The position numbers were made by a program, and so were the translations under genes. From NCBI GenBank assembly GCA_951406725.2, contig OX597820.1, positions 42,656,001 to 42,720,000 on the forward strand: a DNA stretch of 64,000 bases, in the 5' to 3' direction. Below are positions 1-13,344 of this stretch, one piece after another. Source of the DNA: Octopus vulgaris. Its lineage: Eukaryota. Below the pieces are notes generated by a model. It was not told where the DNA came from. It was given only the letters and a program-made list of their open reading frames with translations, and searched no databases. Within the stretch, counting starts at the first letter, position 1; the number at the start of each line of letters is the position of its first letter.

Positions 1-610
1 AACAAACAAAAAGCAGGTGAGGAGAATTGGGCCATTGAGGAAATAAAACTCTATCCCAAAGTGTTCTTTTCATTTGCAAAAGAAACATAAAGTCGCTGTT
101 TCAAATGTTGGTCCTCTGCTTGATCAGTGCTCTACATGATACAAAATCCATTGACTATTGGGGTCGACTAAAAAAGCTTAATCTCTACTCTCTCCAACGC
201 CGCCGAGAGCACTACATCATTCCGTGATGTGAAAAATATTCCATCAATAGTGCACAACCGATGTTAGCATCAATTTTAAAACCCAGCCATTACTTGGCCC
301 CTGTGCTATCCGCACACAACAATCGAACTCAGGACACATACACACATCAGGACACAATTACTTTACCTCAACGAGTCCGGCTCCCTTTCATATTATACCA
401 AAATACGTCAAAACGGTAACGGATCCCATAAAATTCAAAACCTCTTTGGACAAATTTCTCCAAAATGTCTCGGACCAGCCTCCTTCACTCGGATATGTCT
501 CCAATAATAAGAGCTCTTTGCTAGAGTGGGCCACGGCGCCCCATATATGACTTAAAGACTCTACGAGGTGTTACTATTAAGTAAACATGGCCTGGGCCAA
601 TACTGCCAGA
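1..610 (+). mobile_element. CR1/L2-group LINE relic, internally deleted (pre-RT segment joined to ORF2 C-terminus and 3' end)
   Basis: Hand translation gives AIEEIKLYPKVFFSFAK..VSNVGPLLD (30-125), then DYWGRLKKLNLYSLQRRREHYII (150-220). These motifs normally flank the RT domain in CR1/L2-like ORF2. Stops present. Confidence 0.7.
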
Positions 611-629
611 AACCTATCAAAGTTATCAC

Positions 630-880
630 AGTTATATATACACACGCACATAGATATGTGTATATGTGTATATATTTTATATATATATATATATACATAT
701 ACATATAGGTATGTATCTCTCTCTCACTCTCTCTCTCTCACTCTCTCTCTCTATATATATATGTATATATATATATATGTTTAAATATGCATGTATAAGT
801 ACGTATAAATATATATACATATATACATATATACACACACATACACACACACACACAAAAAAAAAAATATATATATCGAG
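630..880. repeat. compound (TA)n/(CT)n/(CA)n microsatellite
   Basis: Direct inspection. Confidence 0.95.
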
Positions 881-1325
881 TTAGAAAACAGATAGATCTA
901 ATGGATACAACTTAATTTACTAATTAATCAACATATTCACCAACAATAATTTCATTTCACAAATAAGATTGAAACTGCAAAACATACAGTAGTGACTAGC
1001 GGTTGTACAAAAAATGCTTGAGGACCATCCGCTATCTATCACTTATAAGACACATGGAAAACAACCCCCTATTACAGAAGAATACGTCGAAACATTTGTA
1101 GTCGCTCTGGTCAACTAGACTCTCCACCAGAGCTGCTCAACTTTGCAAGATATTCAGTGGGAAACATTAGTCCCTCAAAGCCGAAAAACTAGATCGTATC
1201 AAACCATCAATTAGCAAATTGCTTCAAGTCTTCAAAAGGAAAAGAAATACGCGATCAATGAGTCATTAAGACAACAAGACAAACAATGCATACATACATA
1301 AATACATACACGCATACATTTATGT

Positions 1326-3365
1326 ATGTTATTATTCAGTTTAGTTCAAGATTTCCCGCCAATAGAGAAAGAACCGGTTTCTAACCTAGATCCAAGGCTC
1401 CTTCATTGGAATTTCGACATCAATAACAGGGTATTTTTGTATGTATGTATGTATGTATGTGTGTTTGTATGTGCAGATTTGTATGTTTTATTATGTATGC
1501 TTATGCATATAGTTGCATATCTAGACATGCTCATATCTATTTAAATGATAAACTTCTGGAAAGTTTTAAATATGTTTACAGTTCCAGTGATGCATTGGAT
1601 CAGTACTCTTCGAATTAGTTTTCTCCCTTCTGGTTCTGAGAAGCCCAATTTCTGAAGATTGGCATTTAGGCAGTGTGTTACATATCTCAGGGCCCCAATT
1701 ATTACAGGTATAAACCTAAACTAATTATTATAGGTATAAATCTAAACTAATCTGGATAGAGTAACTGCAGATTTCTCAATAGTTCAGCATAGGTATTCTC
1801 ATTTTCACTGATCTTCAGCTTTATGTTAACATCCACTGAGCAGCTAATTTCTACAACTCTGCACAGTTTCTCTTCTCTATCCCAAATCATTATATCAGGT
1901 CTGTTGTCCTTACATTCCACCATCATTCCTTTTTATTACGAGTGGCTATGGCTTCTACCGTATTGTGGGCTCTTATTTCTTTCTTCTCGGGATTATCTTT
2001 CCGACGGATTTCATTATAGAGCACCTTAGCTCATCGGTAGATAATACCGTGTTGACATTTTCGGACAACTGCTTATGATGAGGATGATACCTTCAGTGTG
2101 AACCCCACAATGCCTGCATAACTATCCTTTTTGCGCATCATATAATTGTTTCATATTTCCTGTTCCTGGATTGCAAACACATACTCTTCAAAGTGGGAGG
2201 TAATAATCCGGCTATTGGTCCATGATAAACTGCTTTGATGATCGATGTTACAATTATCACGGAGCTTTCTAGTAGCATAGTCTTCTGCTCATATAGGCTC
2301 AGCTTTCATCTGATGATACGTTGTGGTAGAGTCGTGCGACTTCTTTGGCCATGTATTCTAGGTTATCAAAAAGTGTTGCTCAAATAACTGCCATCCAAGT
2401 CTTATTATGTTATCAGCCTCGTGTATGCACATTTGGTCAAGGGATGCACTTCGACACTTGATGGTTAAATGATGTTGCTGAAGGGATATGATGCGACATT
2501 CAAAAGCATTTTGGATCGATGTTAAGCCTCTTCCGCCTTGTTTTCGTTCGAGGTAGAGGCTGTTTATGTGGAAATTATGTGTGTTTGTTAGTATTATTCG
2601 GGTTTTCACATCAATGTCTCGGATCTCATCAAGAGTCCAATCAAGCAGTCCAAATGTTGGTATGAGTACTGGCACTGCAAACACATTGTGACCCACTACT
2701 TTACTGAATGCAGGGAGTTCTGAGGTCCAAATATTCGGTTGTAATATTCTTTAGTGATACGAGTTTTGTTACAGGTGCCACTGTAAGATATATTTTCATC
2801 TACCCCTAGATACCTGTAATATTTCTCTTCAGATACAAGGGGAAAACAGTCAAATCATCAATTTTTCATCTCATGCATATTCTTTGCATAAAGTTTCAAG
2901 TCATCCACAATGAAATAGTGTGTAATATTGATATTTCTGTTCCTTTGTGAACCAGTGAGATATCCTTCAGACTTCCTTCACATGAATGACAAAGAATTTA
3001 CAGAATGTATAAACAACATCAAAGGGAAGCTGTCTGGAATATACCATTATGATATTGTATTCCATCGGTGAGAATACATTCACTCTATATGTTTAATTTC
3101 AAGGTGGTGGCCCACGATGAAATTAGGTCAGCTATGGATTGTAGTCAAGCCACATTGAAACTAGGTTCCTCCTATGCTCTCACACTTCTGATATCACAGT
3201 TTTGTTGATTAACAATTGCTCGGCATATCTCCAGACTCCCTTCCTCCCAGCTACTTGTTCTGCTGTGATAATATTATTGGTTTCACAATGACCCTGGAGG
3301 AAGAGGTTTAAACATGCTGTATATATTTTATACATTAAGGTCTGGCATGCAAGTGGCCAGTACTT
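1326..3365 (-). mobile_element. RLE-type non-LTR retrotransposon (R4/Dong-like), degraded, with 3' UTR
   Basis: Minus strand gives WPLACQTLMYKIYTACL..EQVAGRKGVW..QLLINK (RT N-part), HYFIVDDLKLYA (~2885-2920), YRYLG, LYLERKQGGRGL (ORF 2358-2696), a decayed CCHC, the RLE motif PDIMIWDREEKLCRVVEISC (~1840-1900), and ends KTFQKFII* at ~1541. The 3' UTR runs to ~1326. Confidence 0.9.
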
Positions 3366-3478
3366 TTTTATATACTCGCAACCCAGAAAAAGGTGGATAT
3401 TCTAGACCAATTTCCAACTTTATTGCACCACCGTATATTTACCACATGCAGATATGTGTGTGAATATGTAGAATGTGT

Positions 3479-3514
<36 letters not shown>

Positions 3515-4713
3515 TGTGTGTATGCGTGTATATATATCCATATGTATATAACGGGAATTAAATTTTCCCACACCTAATTATAAATGTATAAGGGCATCTT
3601 TAACGTGACGAACTTCGTGTTATGCCAGTCTTATATATTGCGTTATCTTTAGTAACGTATTTTGCCTTCGCAGCGTGACACATTTCTCAATTTTGGTTAC
3701 TCAACGTGTTCGTAGTCCATGTTGAACTTAGAAAACCTTTGTATGCTGGATTGATTATCAGTCTTCTTGTAGTGTGTGTATGCGTATCGTTCAAATCAAT
3801 ATGCACTATTGTTTCAAAGCAAAAACAAAATAACCCAGTTTAGTTGTACTGGGTTCATATCTATATTCCTTCACCTTCTTATCTTTTATTAAATATTCAT
3901 TCTTCTTTATCAAACTGTGTCTGTTTATCATTCTTTTCACACACCGTATCTTTTATTCACCAGTTCATGTTTTCTCTGTTCTCTTTTACTCTAACACAAT
4001 CCAGCTCACCGTTTTCTCTCAGCTATGCATTACAAAACAAGAAAAAAATGGCAAAGAGAGAGACAGACAGAGAGAGAGAGAGTAAAGAGAAAGATAGGGA
4101 GTAAGTCATGTAAAGTAGATTTAAAATTATGCGTAGCTTTATACAGTTGAACATGCATTTGCTTACATATTTACCTTTTTATCCTATATGTATGTGTCTG
4201 TCTGTACGTACAGGTGTATATGTTTAAGTATATGTGTTGTCCAAGTACAAGCCACATTCCCTTCTGTCGTTTCTCTTTCTTTTAGTACATGCTTTTTTAA
4301 TTCATACAAATTACCTCAGCCAAGAGTGCGTTATACACTTCTGAACAAGCCTACGTCCCTTGGCTACTCTAGATAACGTTGGATAATTGTCGTCGTGATG
4401 ATACATACTGATGCAGAAACACATATCCACTAAGCAGATACTTTTGCTGAATGTGTGTAAAACTTGAGAGGATTTTGGATTCGTAAAATCATTTCACTTT
4501 CTCATACGGGGGCGGTCTTAATTTCCACCTGGTAATTATGATGCATCCTCTATAACTGGAGAGAATTTTGATGAATCAACAACTTGGGTTGCATGAAATA
4601 TAATTTACTTCTAGATGTCTATGCTGATCATCAAATACTTGTCACTGACCGCTCGGAGTTATCTTAGTTTATATTTGTTCGAATACATACACACATGCAC
4701 ATATATATATACT

Positions 4714-5090
4714 GCGACACTACGTCGGTTACGACGACGAGGGTTCCAGTTGATCCAATCAACGGAACAGGCTGCTCGTGAAATTAACGTGCAAGTGGCT
4801 GAGCACTCCACGACACGTGAACCATTATTGTAGTTCACGGGGAGATTCAACGTTACACAGAGTGTGACAAGGCTGGCCATTTGAAATACAGGTACAACAG
4901 AAACAGGAAGAAAGTGTGAGAGAAATTTGTGGTGAAAGAGTACAGCAGGGTTTGCCACCCCTACCCCTGCCGGAGCATTTGGAGCTTAAGTGTTTTCACT
5001 CAATAAACACCCACAATGCTCGGTCTGGGAATCGAAACCACGATCCTATGTCCGCGAGTCCACTGCCCTAACCACTGGGCCATTGCGCCT
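4714..5090 (-). mobile_element. tRNA-derived SINE (family B; core 1 + tail 1)
   Basis: Minus-strand head AGGCGCAATGGCCCAGTGGTTAGGGCAG..GGTTTCGATTCCC with A and B boxes. The body matches copies at 6697, 11085, 34237 and 49188. Confidence 0.85.
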
Positions 5091-5140
5091 TGACAGAGGT
5101 AGAGTAATATGCTTTATTAAAAAGCAGCAAAAATATCACA

Positions 5141-5186
5141 AAAACTGCTACTCAGAGTTTCACGTTCCCGGTCGTCGGACTGTTTT
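5141..5186 (-). ncRNA. degenerate minimal hammerhead ribozyme motif (CCGACGA core variant) in a Penelope-type repeat
   Basis: Minus: aaaacagt CCGACGA ccg-GGAA-cgt GAAA ctc-t-gag TA gcagtttt. The same repeat occurs at 60459-60620. Confidence 0.5.
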
Positions 5187-5344
5187 GTTTAGAATGGAAC
5201 AAAAATAAGGTTACAAGAAAGCCTATACAATTTGTTTAATGGATACACACTAGAAAATGGTTTTGTTTCATTGCTCTCCTTTCAACCAAATCTTTATAAA
5301 TAACCGGCTGCCTACACGCGCGCATATATATATACGTATGAAGG

Positions 5345-6226
5345 CGTATATCATCAATTTCTTCGGATGAGACAGCATTTCAAAATGCTGCGCCGTATTA
5401 CAATAATGCATTAAGGAAAAGTGAAATCTCAGAATAGATCCAATTTAGTCAAGTTAATTATAGCAATAATAGGCAACGTAGAACTAGAAGTAGGAAAGTT
5501 TTATGGTTTAACCCCGCATCTAATATGGCCGTAAAAACTAATATAGGTAGAGAATTCTTAAAATTAGTTTCTAAGCATTTTCAATCTGGCCATAAGTTCT
5601 ATAGGATATTTAATAGGAGAACGCTGAAAGTTAGTTATTCTTGTTGCAAAAACTTCGCATCTTTTACTAGCCAGCATAACATAAAAATTACTACAAACAA
5701 CTACAGTTCCGAATCTAATCTGTGGAAATGCAAACTGCAAAGATGAGACTTGCTGTTCGTTGGAAGGAAAAAGTTTTGAAAAAGGTATTGTTTACAGAGC
5801 CAAAGTGCAAGTAGATGGCTCGCAAGAATATAAAACATATACAGGGTCTTCAGAGAATTCATTCACGACTCGAATCTATTCTCGAGAACAGGACAACGAC
5901 TGTCTTGCAAAGCATGTCTGGGAATTGGAAGCGAATGATACCCGTCCTTTCCGATATCCCGAGAACAGGACAGCGACTGTCTTGCAAAGCATGTCTGGGA
6001 ATTGAAAGAGAATGATACCCGTCCTTTCAACGTAACCTGGAAAATTTTTGAAAAAGCATCAGCATACAGACATGGAGCTTATAAGAAACCTATAAAATGT
6101 AATATTTGTCTCTCAGAGAAGTTCTTCATCTTGTTCCAGGATAAAAACCAGAGACGCGAGCTCTTAAATTCCTGCGGGCACGCCACAAAATATATAATGT
6201 CAACTGACAAAATACCATATGGGTAA
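5345..6226 (+). mobile_element. Penelope-like element ORF C-terminus (linker + GIY-YIG endonuclease), degraded
   Basis: SSDETAFQNAAPYYNNALRKS, WFNP..VKTNIGREFLKLVSKHF..IFNRRTLKVSYSC, GIVYRAKV..YTGSSENSF, LAKHVWELK, CNICLSEKFFI..ELLNSCGH are typical PLE motifs. Stops and frameshifts present. Confidence 0.88.
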
Positions 6227-6696
6227 AATGTTTTGACTTTCGAAATATATTTTTTGACTGTAGTATTTAAATTTGACTTTTCACGGTATACTTATTTTGT
6301 ATCGCAACGTTAATGTATATTGCGAATTCATTATTAAGAAAACCTTCAACTGTTTTATAAATTTAAATTTAATCTTAAGCTTAAGATTTGCCGAGGTTTA
6401 ATTTTATTATTTTTATTTTATTTATATTTTTATCTTTACTCACGTAGTTAATTATGCTATATCAAATTAATGTATAAATTCCTTATATTACATTTTAATA
6501 TTATACACACTGAACAGTATTTTTTAAAAAATTGTTTGCATATATACGTTATGAAGTAGATATGTCCTCTATATATTTATGTGTACGTATGTATTGTAGG
6601 TTTGTATATGAATATATATGCATGTCTGAGTGTGGATGTATATATGTGCGCGTGTGTATGTATATATATATATATACATATATATATTTTTATATC

Positions 6697-6905
6697 ACGT
6701 GATCACGTGACTGACCAGACCATCAGATGTTGCTACACATCGCTGGTCACAATGCGTTCGCATTGTTTTAGCCTTCGAACGACGCCACCCCGCTGGCTAA
6801 GCGAGCAGGCCAACAGAAGAAAGTGGGAGAAAGAGTGGTGAAAGAATACAGCAGGGATCACCACCCCCTGCCGTAGCCTCGTGGAGCTTTCAGGTGTTTT
6901 CGCCT
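6697..6905 (-). mobile_element. SINE family B fragment (core 1 + tail 2, head missing)
   Basis: GTGGTGAAAGAATACAGCAGGGATCACCACCCCCTGCCG..GGAGCTTT matches 4925-4995, but the 3' module is different. Confidence 0.7.
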
Positions 6906-7022
6906 GTAATAACTAACTGGTATAAGTATACGCAAGGAGATAATATGAGCGTGCATGTGTGCGCATATATATTTGCATTTGTATATATATTCATATCTTG
7001 CCTATATATGCCTCTATATATA

Positions 7023-7093
<71 letters not shown>

Positions 7094-7164
7094 TTAGGGA
7101 ATAAATCCAAATTTACAGGGAAAAAATCAGATTTAGGATTAAATCCAATTTTATAGTAAAATAT

Positions 7165-7321
7165 TATATAATATTAATTCGAGACAAAACCACTATTTTG
7201 CAAAACAAACAAGGAAAGACTTAATCAATACATAAAATTTTATTAAAATTTTATGTATTGATTAAGTCTTTCCTTGTTTGTTTTGCAAAATAGTGGTTTT
7301 GTCTCGAATTAATATTATATA
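7165..7321. repeat. perfect palindrome, 78-bp arms around a 1-nt centre (7243)
   Basis: ..TCGAGACAAAACCACTATTTTGCAAAACAAACAAGGAAAGACTTAATCAATACATAAAATTTTA-T-TAAAATTTTATGTATTGATTAAGTCTTTCC.. reads as an exact reverse complement. Confidence 0.95.
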
Positions 7322-7332
7322 TATATATATAC

Positions 7333-7385
<53 letters not shown>

Positions 7386-7406
7386 TTTGTGTGTGTGTGT
7401 GTGTGT

Positions 7407-7446
<40 letters not shown>

Positions 7447-8183
7447 CTATGTACATACGTCTGTAATTTTTAGTGTATATATGTATATCATAGATGGATT
7501 GGTATATGCATATACTGCTAAATGTATATGTAATCCAACGTGAAAATCTTTTTAAACGAATATAACTTTTAATTTATATCTCTAATATCCCAGAAACAGC
7601 TGTAAGATTAACGTTCTCTTTATAAATGTCCTGGAAATTTCACACAACCTTGGCTTGTTGTCTCATTTTATTTAACAAATGCATGCTCATAGAAGACCCG
7701 CGTTAGACTCCTCACTCGTTTCAATCATTATTGAACCGATATTTTAACTACAGTCATTCCATAGCACTTGCATAGCGCTACCTGCCACCTTAGGTTTTCT
7801 GGTTACCAGTAACGCGTGTGTACATGTGGTTATGCATAACAAATGACAGAGACAAAAATTGGAATATGCGTGAAATTTGTTGCACACAATGATCGTTTCG
7901 ACACATACTGCATCATTCCATCACGGTGGGATACTGTAAAACTTGCTTTGGTGAATCCCTCTGTGCAGAAGTTCCTCATCTGGTGATTTTACAAAGCGTA
8001 TCCGTTAAATAAACTCTGTTTCGCTCAGTTTTAATTCACCATGATGTTAGTGATCGCAGATTTTAATTTCTTAGGCAGAAATATATATATTATGTTATAT
8101 TACATTATATTTTGATATATATATATACATACATACATATATATATATACACATATATATACGTACATATATATATACACATG

Positions 8184-8238
<55 letters not shown>

Positions 8239-8261
8239 GCACATATATATATATATATATC

Positions 8262-8852
8262 AAATGGATGTCTTATAAAACTATGCCGCACATAAAATAG
8301 CAGCCATACAAATAATCCAACACACTAAAAGAAGTGTTGTTTGGGAACAAACATATCTTAGATATCACCACATTCATTGAAGACCACAATAAAATGTAAG
8401 CACAACAAACCTGATACAATGATTTGGGATAGCGAAGAGAGTCTCTGTACGGTTGTGGAAATCTGAAGATCAGTGAAAAAGATAGCACTCAGGATCAGTT
8501 ATTGAGAAATCTGCAATTACTCTATCCAGATTACAAGTTGAGGTTCATACCTGTAATGAGATATGTAACACACTGCATAAATACCAATCCTGAGAAACTG
8601 AGCTTCTCTAAACCAGAAAGGAGAAATCTAATTCGAGAACTACAGATCCAATCCATCATTGAAACTGTAATAATCTGTAAAACTTTCCAGAAGTATATCA
8701 ATTAGATATACATGAGCATGTCTAGATATGTAAGTATATGCATGAGTATACACACATAAAACATACAAATCTGCACATATATAATGCATACATACATATA
8801 TACATACATACATGCATGCATACATACATACATGCATACATACATACATACA

Positions 8853-8886
<34 letters not shown>

Positions 8887-9055
8887 CATACATACATACA
8901 TACATACATACATACATACATACATACATACAAACAAACAAACAAAAATACCATATTGTTGATGATGAAATTCCAATGAAGGAAACTTGGATCTAGGTTA
9001 GAAACCGGCTCTTTCTCTGTTGGCAAGAAATCTTGAAATAAACTGGATAATGGCA
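8262..9055 (+). mobile_element. 5'-truncated copy of the same R4/Dong-like LINE family as 1326-3365
   Basis: HNKPDTMIWDSEESLCTVVEI and RNLQLLYPDYKLRFIPV..KTFQKYIN*. The 3' UTR has the shared GGATCTAGGTTAGAAACCGGCTCTTTCTC and ends in (CATA)n. Confidence 0.88.
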
Positions 9056-9425
9056 TACATACATACATACATTCATACATACATACATACATACATACAT
9101 ACATACATACATAGTGTGTGTGCATGAATGTTTCAAGTATGTGTACGTATGTCTCATACAAATTGCAATGAAAGATTTTCAAAAGAGGTGACACAGTTAT
9201 TGGATAATTATAATAAATAGTTATATAATTAGAATGATGTATATAGATGAATACCGAAAATTCTTATATGATGTAAGAGCTTATCCTTACGATTACATGC
9301 TGTGACCTAGAGTTACTAACAGTTTAAACAACTCAGTACAAGCATCCAATACATACATACATACATACATACATACATACATGCATGCATGTATACATAC
9401 ATACATACATACATACATGTATCCA

Positions 9426-9481
<56 letters not shown>

Positions 9482-10471
9482 TTCATATATATACACAAAC
9501 AAATATATATGTGTGTGTATGGTGCATATATGTATATAGATTGATAAATGTAAATACATTCACCAACCCATATGTATTGAGATTTAAATATGTAAATACA
9601 TTCACAAATCCACATGCATATAGATAAATACATACGTAGATATAGGATATCTATGTTTCTTTTGTATTTACTAATTTGACGTTTGTGCTTAAATGCGATC
9701 AATATCAGATAGGTGAAAACAGATGCAAACAATTATGTGTGTGTATATAGTCACAAATACTCACACACACACACACACTTACACACACACATTGAGACAT
9801 AGACATATGCACACACAGACACATGTACACACAACGCATGTATATATACATATAAATATATACATATACGCCTATGTATATATACATCTATATATATATA
9901 TATATGCATACACACACACATACGCACACATTTATATAGTAAGGACGTACTTTTATAAAAATATGGCAGTAAATTAAGACAAATAAATATTAAATTTGAT
10001 CTAAGAATATATCATATTCCTACACTAACTAACATTGACGGATTTATTATTTACTTAGTTTAAGTGAATGAAGAGAATACTATATTATAGTCAACAAGAT
10101 TTAGAATATCACTTGTAATTATTCATACATATAAAAATGTGTTTGCGAAATTCTACAAAAGTTTTCATAAATACAGTATTTTGTGTACACACGCACACAC
10201 ATACATACACATACATCCACAAACACACACACACAAGCACACACGCACACACATATATGAGTTATAAATGAAGGGATAAATAGTATGATAAAATTTTTAT
10301 AACCATTGATATCACAACAATTGTTTCGTAAATTGAACCAAATATAATTTATTTTATTGTAATCAATAATGAGATAATTACTTACGTGTGTGCATTAATA
10401 TAAGCAATCTTTTAAATCAAGATAGACATTAAGCTAGCTCACGGGGTGAGAGAAACATCCGTGTAAAATAT

Positions 10472-10573
<102 letters not shown>

Positions 10574-10629
10574 CATATAGATATACATACATGCATATAT
10601 ACATACATACGTATATACATACATACATA

Positions 10630-10745
10630 CACATAAAAGTACCCTGTTGTTGATATTGAAATTGCAGTGAATTGAATCTAGGTTAGAAACCGGCTCTTTC
10701 TCTATTGGCAAGAAATCTTAAAATAAAACCGATAATTGACATGCA
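10630..10745 (+). mobile_element. 3' terminal fragment of the R4/Dong-like family
   Basis: TACCCTGTTGTTGAT..TCTAGGTTAGAAACCGGCTCTTTCTCTATTGGCAAGAAATCTT, flanked by CATA repeats. Confidence 0.85.
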
Positions 10746-11084
10746 TACATACATGTATACAAACGTTCCTACATAATGCATAAAACGCAATTTTATTTTC
10801 GTTATCTAAATTTCAACAATGGTAATTTCTATCTTTATTAGCAACCGGTCCTTTCCTCAGATGCGGAATTTTAAAAAATGAAACCCAAAGAAAACATGCA
10901 TGCATATATACATACATACATACATACATACATACAGGCATGCAAACATACATACATAGATAAATACATACATACACACAAACATACATACAATCTCTCA
11001 CACTTATATACATGTATGTATACATTGGATTATTTCGATTGCCACAATCTTCATGTTTCTTCTTAACGTTTATTGTTGTTTGTT

Positions 11085-11382
11085 TGTTCCTTCTTGGGCC
11101 ATGCCCGGCTCATTGGGACCAGTTTCCCGGTTTCCTTGGCGTATGGGTTCCCCACCTGGACGGGACACCGGACCGTCGCAGGTGAGCTGCAAGATGCAGG
11201 AGGAAAGAGTGAGAGAAAGTTGTGGCGAAAGTGTCAGCAGAAGTTCGCCATTACCTTCTGCCGGAGCCGCATGGAGCTTAGGTGTTTCGCTCATAAACAC
11301 ACACATCGCCCGGGCTGAGATTCAAACCCGCGATCCCTCGACCGCAAGTCCACTGCTCTAACCACTAGGCCATGGGCCTCCA
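11085..11382 (-). mobile_element. tRNA-derived SINE (family B; core 1 + tail 3)
   Basis: Minus head GGCCCATGGCCTAGTGGTTAGAGCAGTGGACTTGCGG..GGTTTGAATCTC. The core is shared with the 4714 copy; a distinct tail ends in (AAAC)n. Confidence 0.85.
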
Positions 11383-13344
11383 CTCTTCTTAAAGTATTTA
11401 TAAGGAATTTCTCGAGTTTTATCTAGGGTGCCCAACATAGACAAAAGTCCGCAAGTATCAGCACGTTAGCAATACTTCTGCTCAGTTTTATTTTTGCCTT
11501 CTAGTAAAGTGCTACCAGTAACAATATATCCAATATACTAACATCTATTCAGTTCACAATGTTTATATATACATGAATGTGTGTACATGTGCATGTGTGT
11601 GTACCCGCGTGCGTATTATATTTGTATGTGCATATGTGTAAATTAGTGAAAAACAGAGGCACACTATCAGCAGCTGCGTGTAGGCCTTATTAGATATGAG
11701 ATGCTGTGGTGGATAATATACGTCTTGTTCTAACGTAGTCCGTTGACTAAACTGAATTGCTGCCATGTGAATGAAACAAAGTGTCACCCTTGTGCTTACA
11801 CATAAGAAATTAGAAATATCACAATATCGTATTACTCAAAATGAAAATGTTTTTAATCATATTAAAATAATGAAGTAAAGTCATCAAGAAATTATTGAAA
11901 TTTGTTCTGAGAACCATCAAGCAAGTTGTTGGTTTTCGGTGTAACGTGATCACATGAATTCTCGTTCTTTAGCTTCTAATTAATTCCTATTGTTCAGATC
12001 TTTCCTTAGAGATATTCCAGGTATGACCGTTATATATATTAAGAGTGCCAAAGATTCGAGTTGTATAAGTGCTATGATTTTGTCCAGCTAACATATAATT
12101 TCTCATTAGTTTACGTTACATGGTTTGATATGAAGTTGACTTGGTTGTTATTTCTTGAAGGTTAAGTGCCCGCCTTGGAGCTCCCTGGTTGGGTTATGTA
12201 TTCAATAATGTAATAAGGAGTGAATCTCTACGACGTTAATTATGAGAAGCCTAAAAGCTGTTTTCCTCATACTATTAGAATGCACTTGAGTTAAGACATT
12301 TATACAATCAAGCGTCAAGATTTATGTTATAATAGTGCTGGATTTGAAATTAATATTCTCTGTTCTTTAAAATTATTTCATGGATATTAAGATCAAAAGC
12401 GTTCCACCCACTGTCATCGTATATACTAAATTATATTTAGTATATACATGTATTTAATAGGAAAATGTATGATGTAAGAGATATTTAACTGCGATTTTTA
12501 GCAGTTTGTATAGACAGAATTTCTTTTCTTGGATCTTGCTTAACGCAGTGGAGTTATGAGCTGCCCGATTCTATGCGAAAAACATCGGGTCACGCTTCAA
12601 ACAGTCCGAAAAAAATTAACGTATTTCATGATAAAACGACACGTGTACAGCTCGATGTAATTATGAAACCCTAAAATTCGCAGGCCCAGACAAAATCGAA
12701 AAATATTCTTTAAATACCAAGTGCCTGACGAAATCCTTGCATTTATTAACAATTAAATCTATATATACTTCTCTTAAATTGGAAACTGATTAAAATTATA
12801 GCATTTCTAAAACCATAGTCGAAAAAGTCTTATAGAAACCAGTCAATCTCAAATACACCTCCTCACCAATCGCTATCCTTGATTCCTACACTCCCCTCTT
12901 AGAATTAAAATACGTATTCAGAGCACTGCACAGTCCATCACACTGCCCGTGTATCTAATACAGAAAGTTTAGGAAAGCTTCAAGAACAAAAATTCATACT
13001 TCAACGATTTTAACTTCCATGGATATCAGAAATGTTTTCGATTTTGTTTCCTTCTATCCGTTCATGCAACATATTCAAGACGCCTGGAGAAGCAACAGAA
13101 AAAATATGTTCAGATGTGAAAAGGAAATTATTATGGATGCATCAGTATGGGAGCATATGACTCAGTATAAATAATTATTTTAAAAGTATTCTTTCAAAAT
13201 TTGGATGCCGTGGAGTTTATAGAGTGCATCCACCAACTAACTACATATTACACTATTTACACAAACCAGAATCCATGGTAAATAATGCTGAAAATCTCTA
13301 AAAGGCAAAAGCTAATTTCCGTAAAATTTATATATATATACATA

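Noticed and set aside
5020-5090. tRNA-like sequences (also ~11310-11382, ~34490-34558, ~47650-47716)
   Set aside because: They are SINE heads fused to repeat bodies, and no convincing cloverleaf was seen.
12600-13330. Possible retroelement or exon sequence
   Set aside because: No diagnostic motif could be read in any frame.
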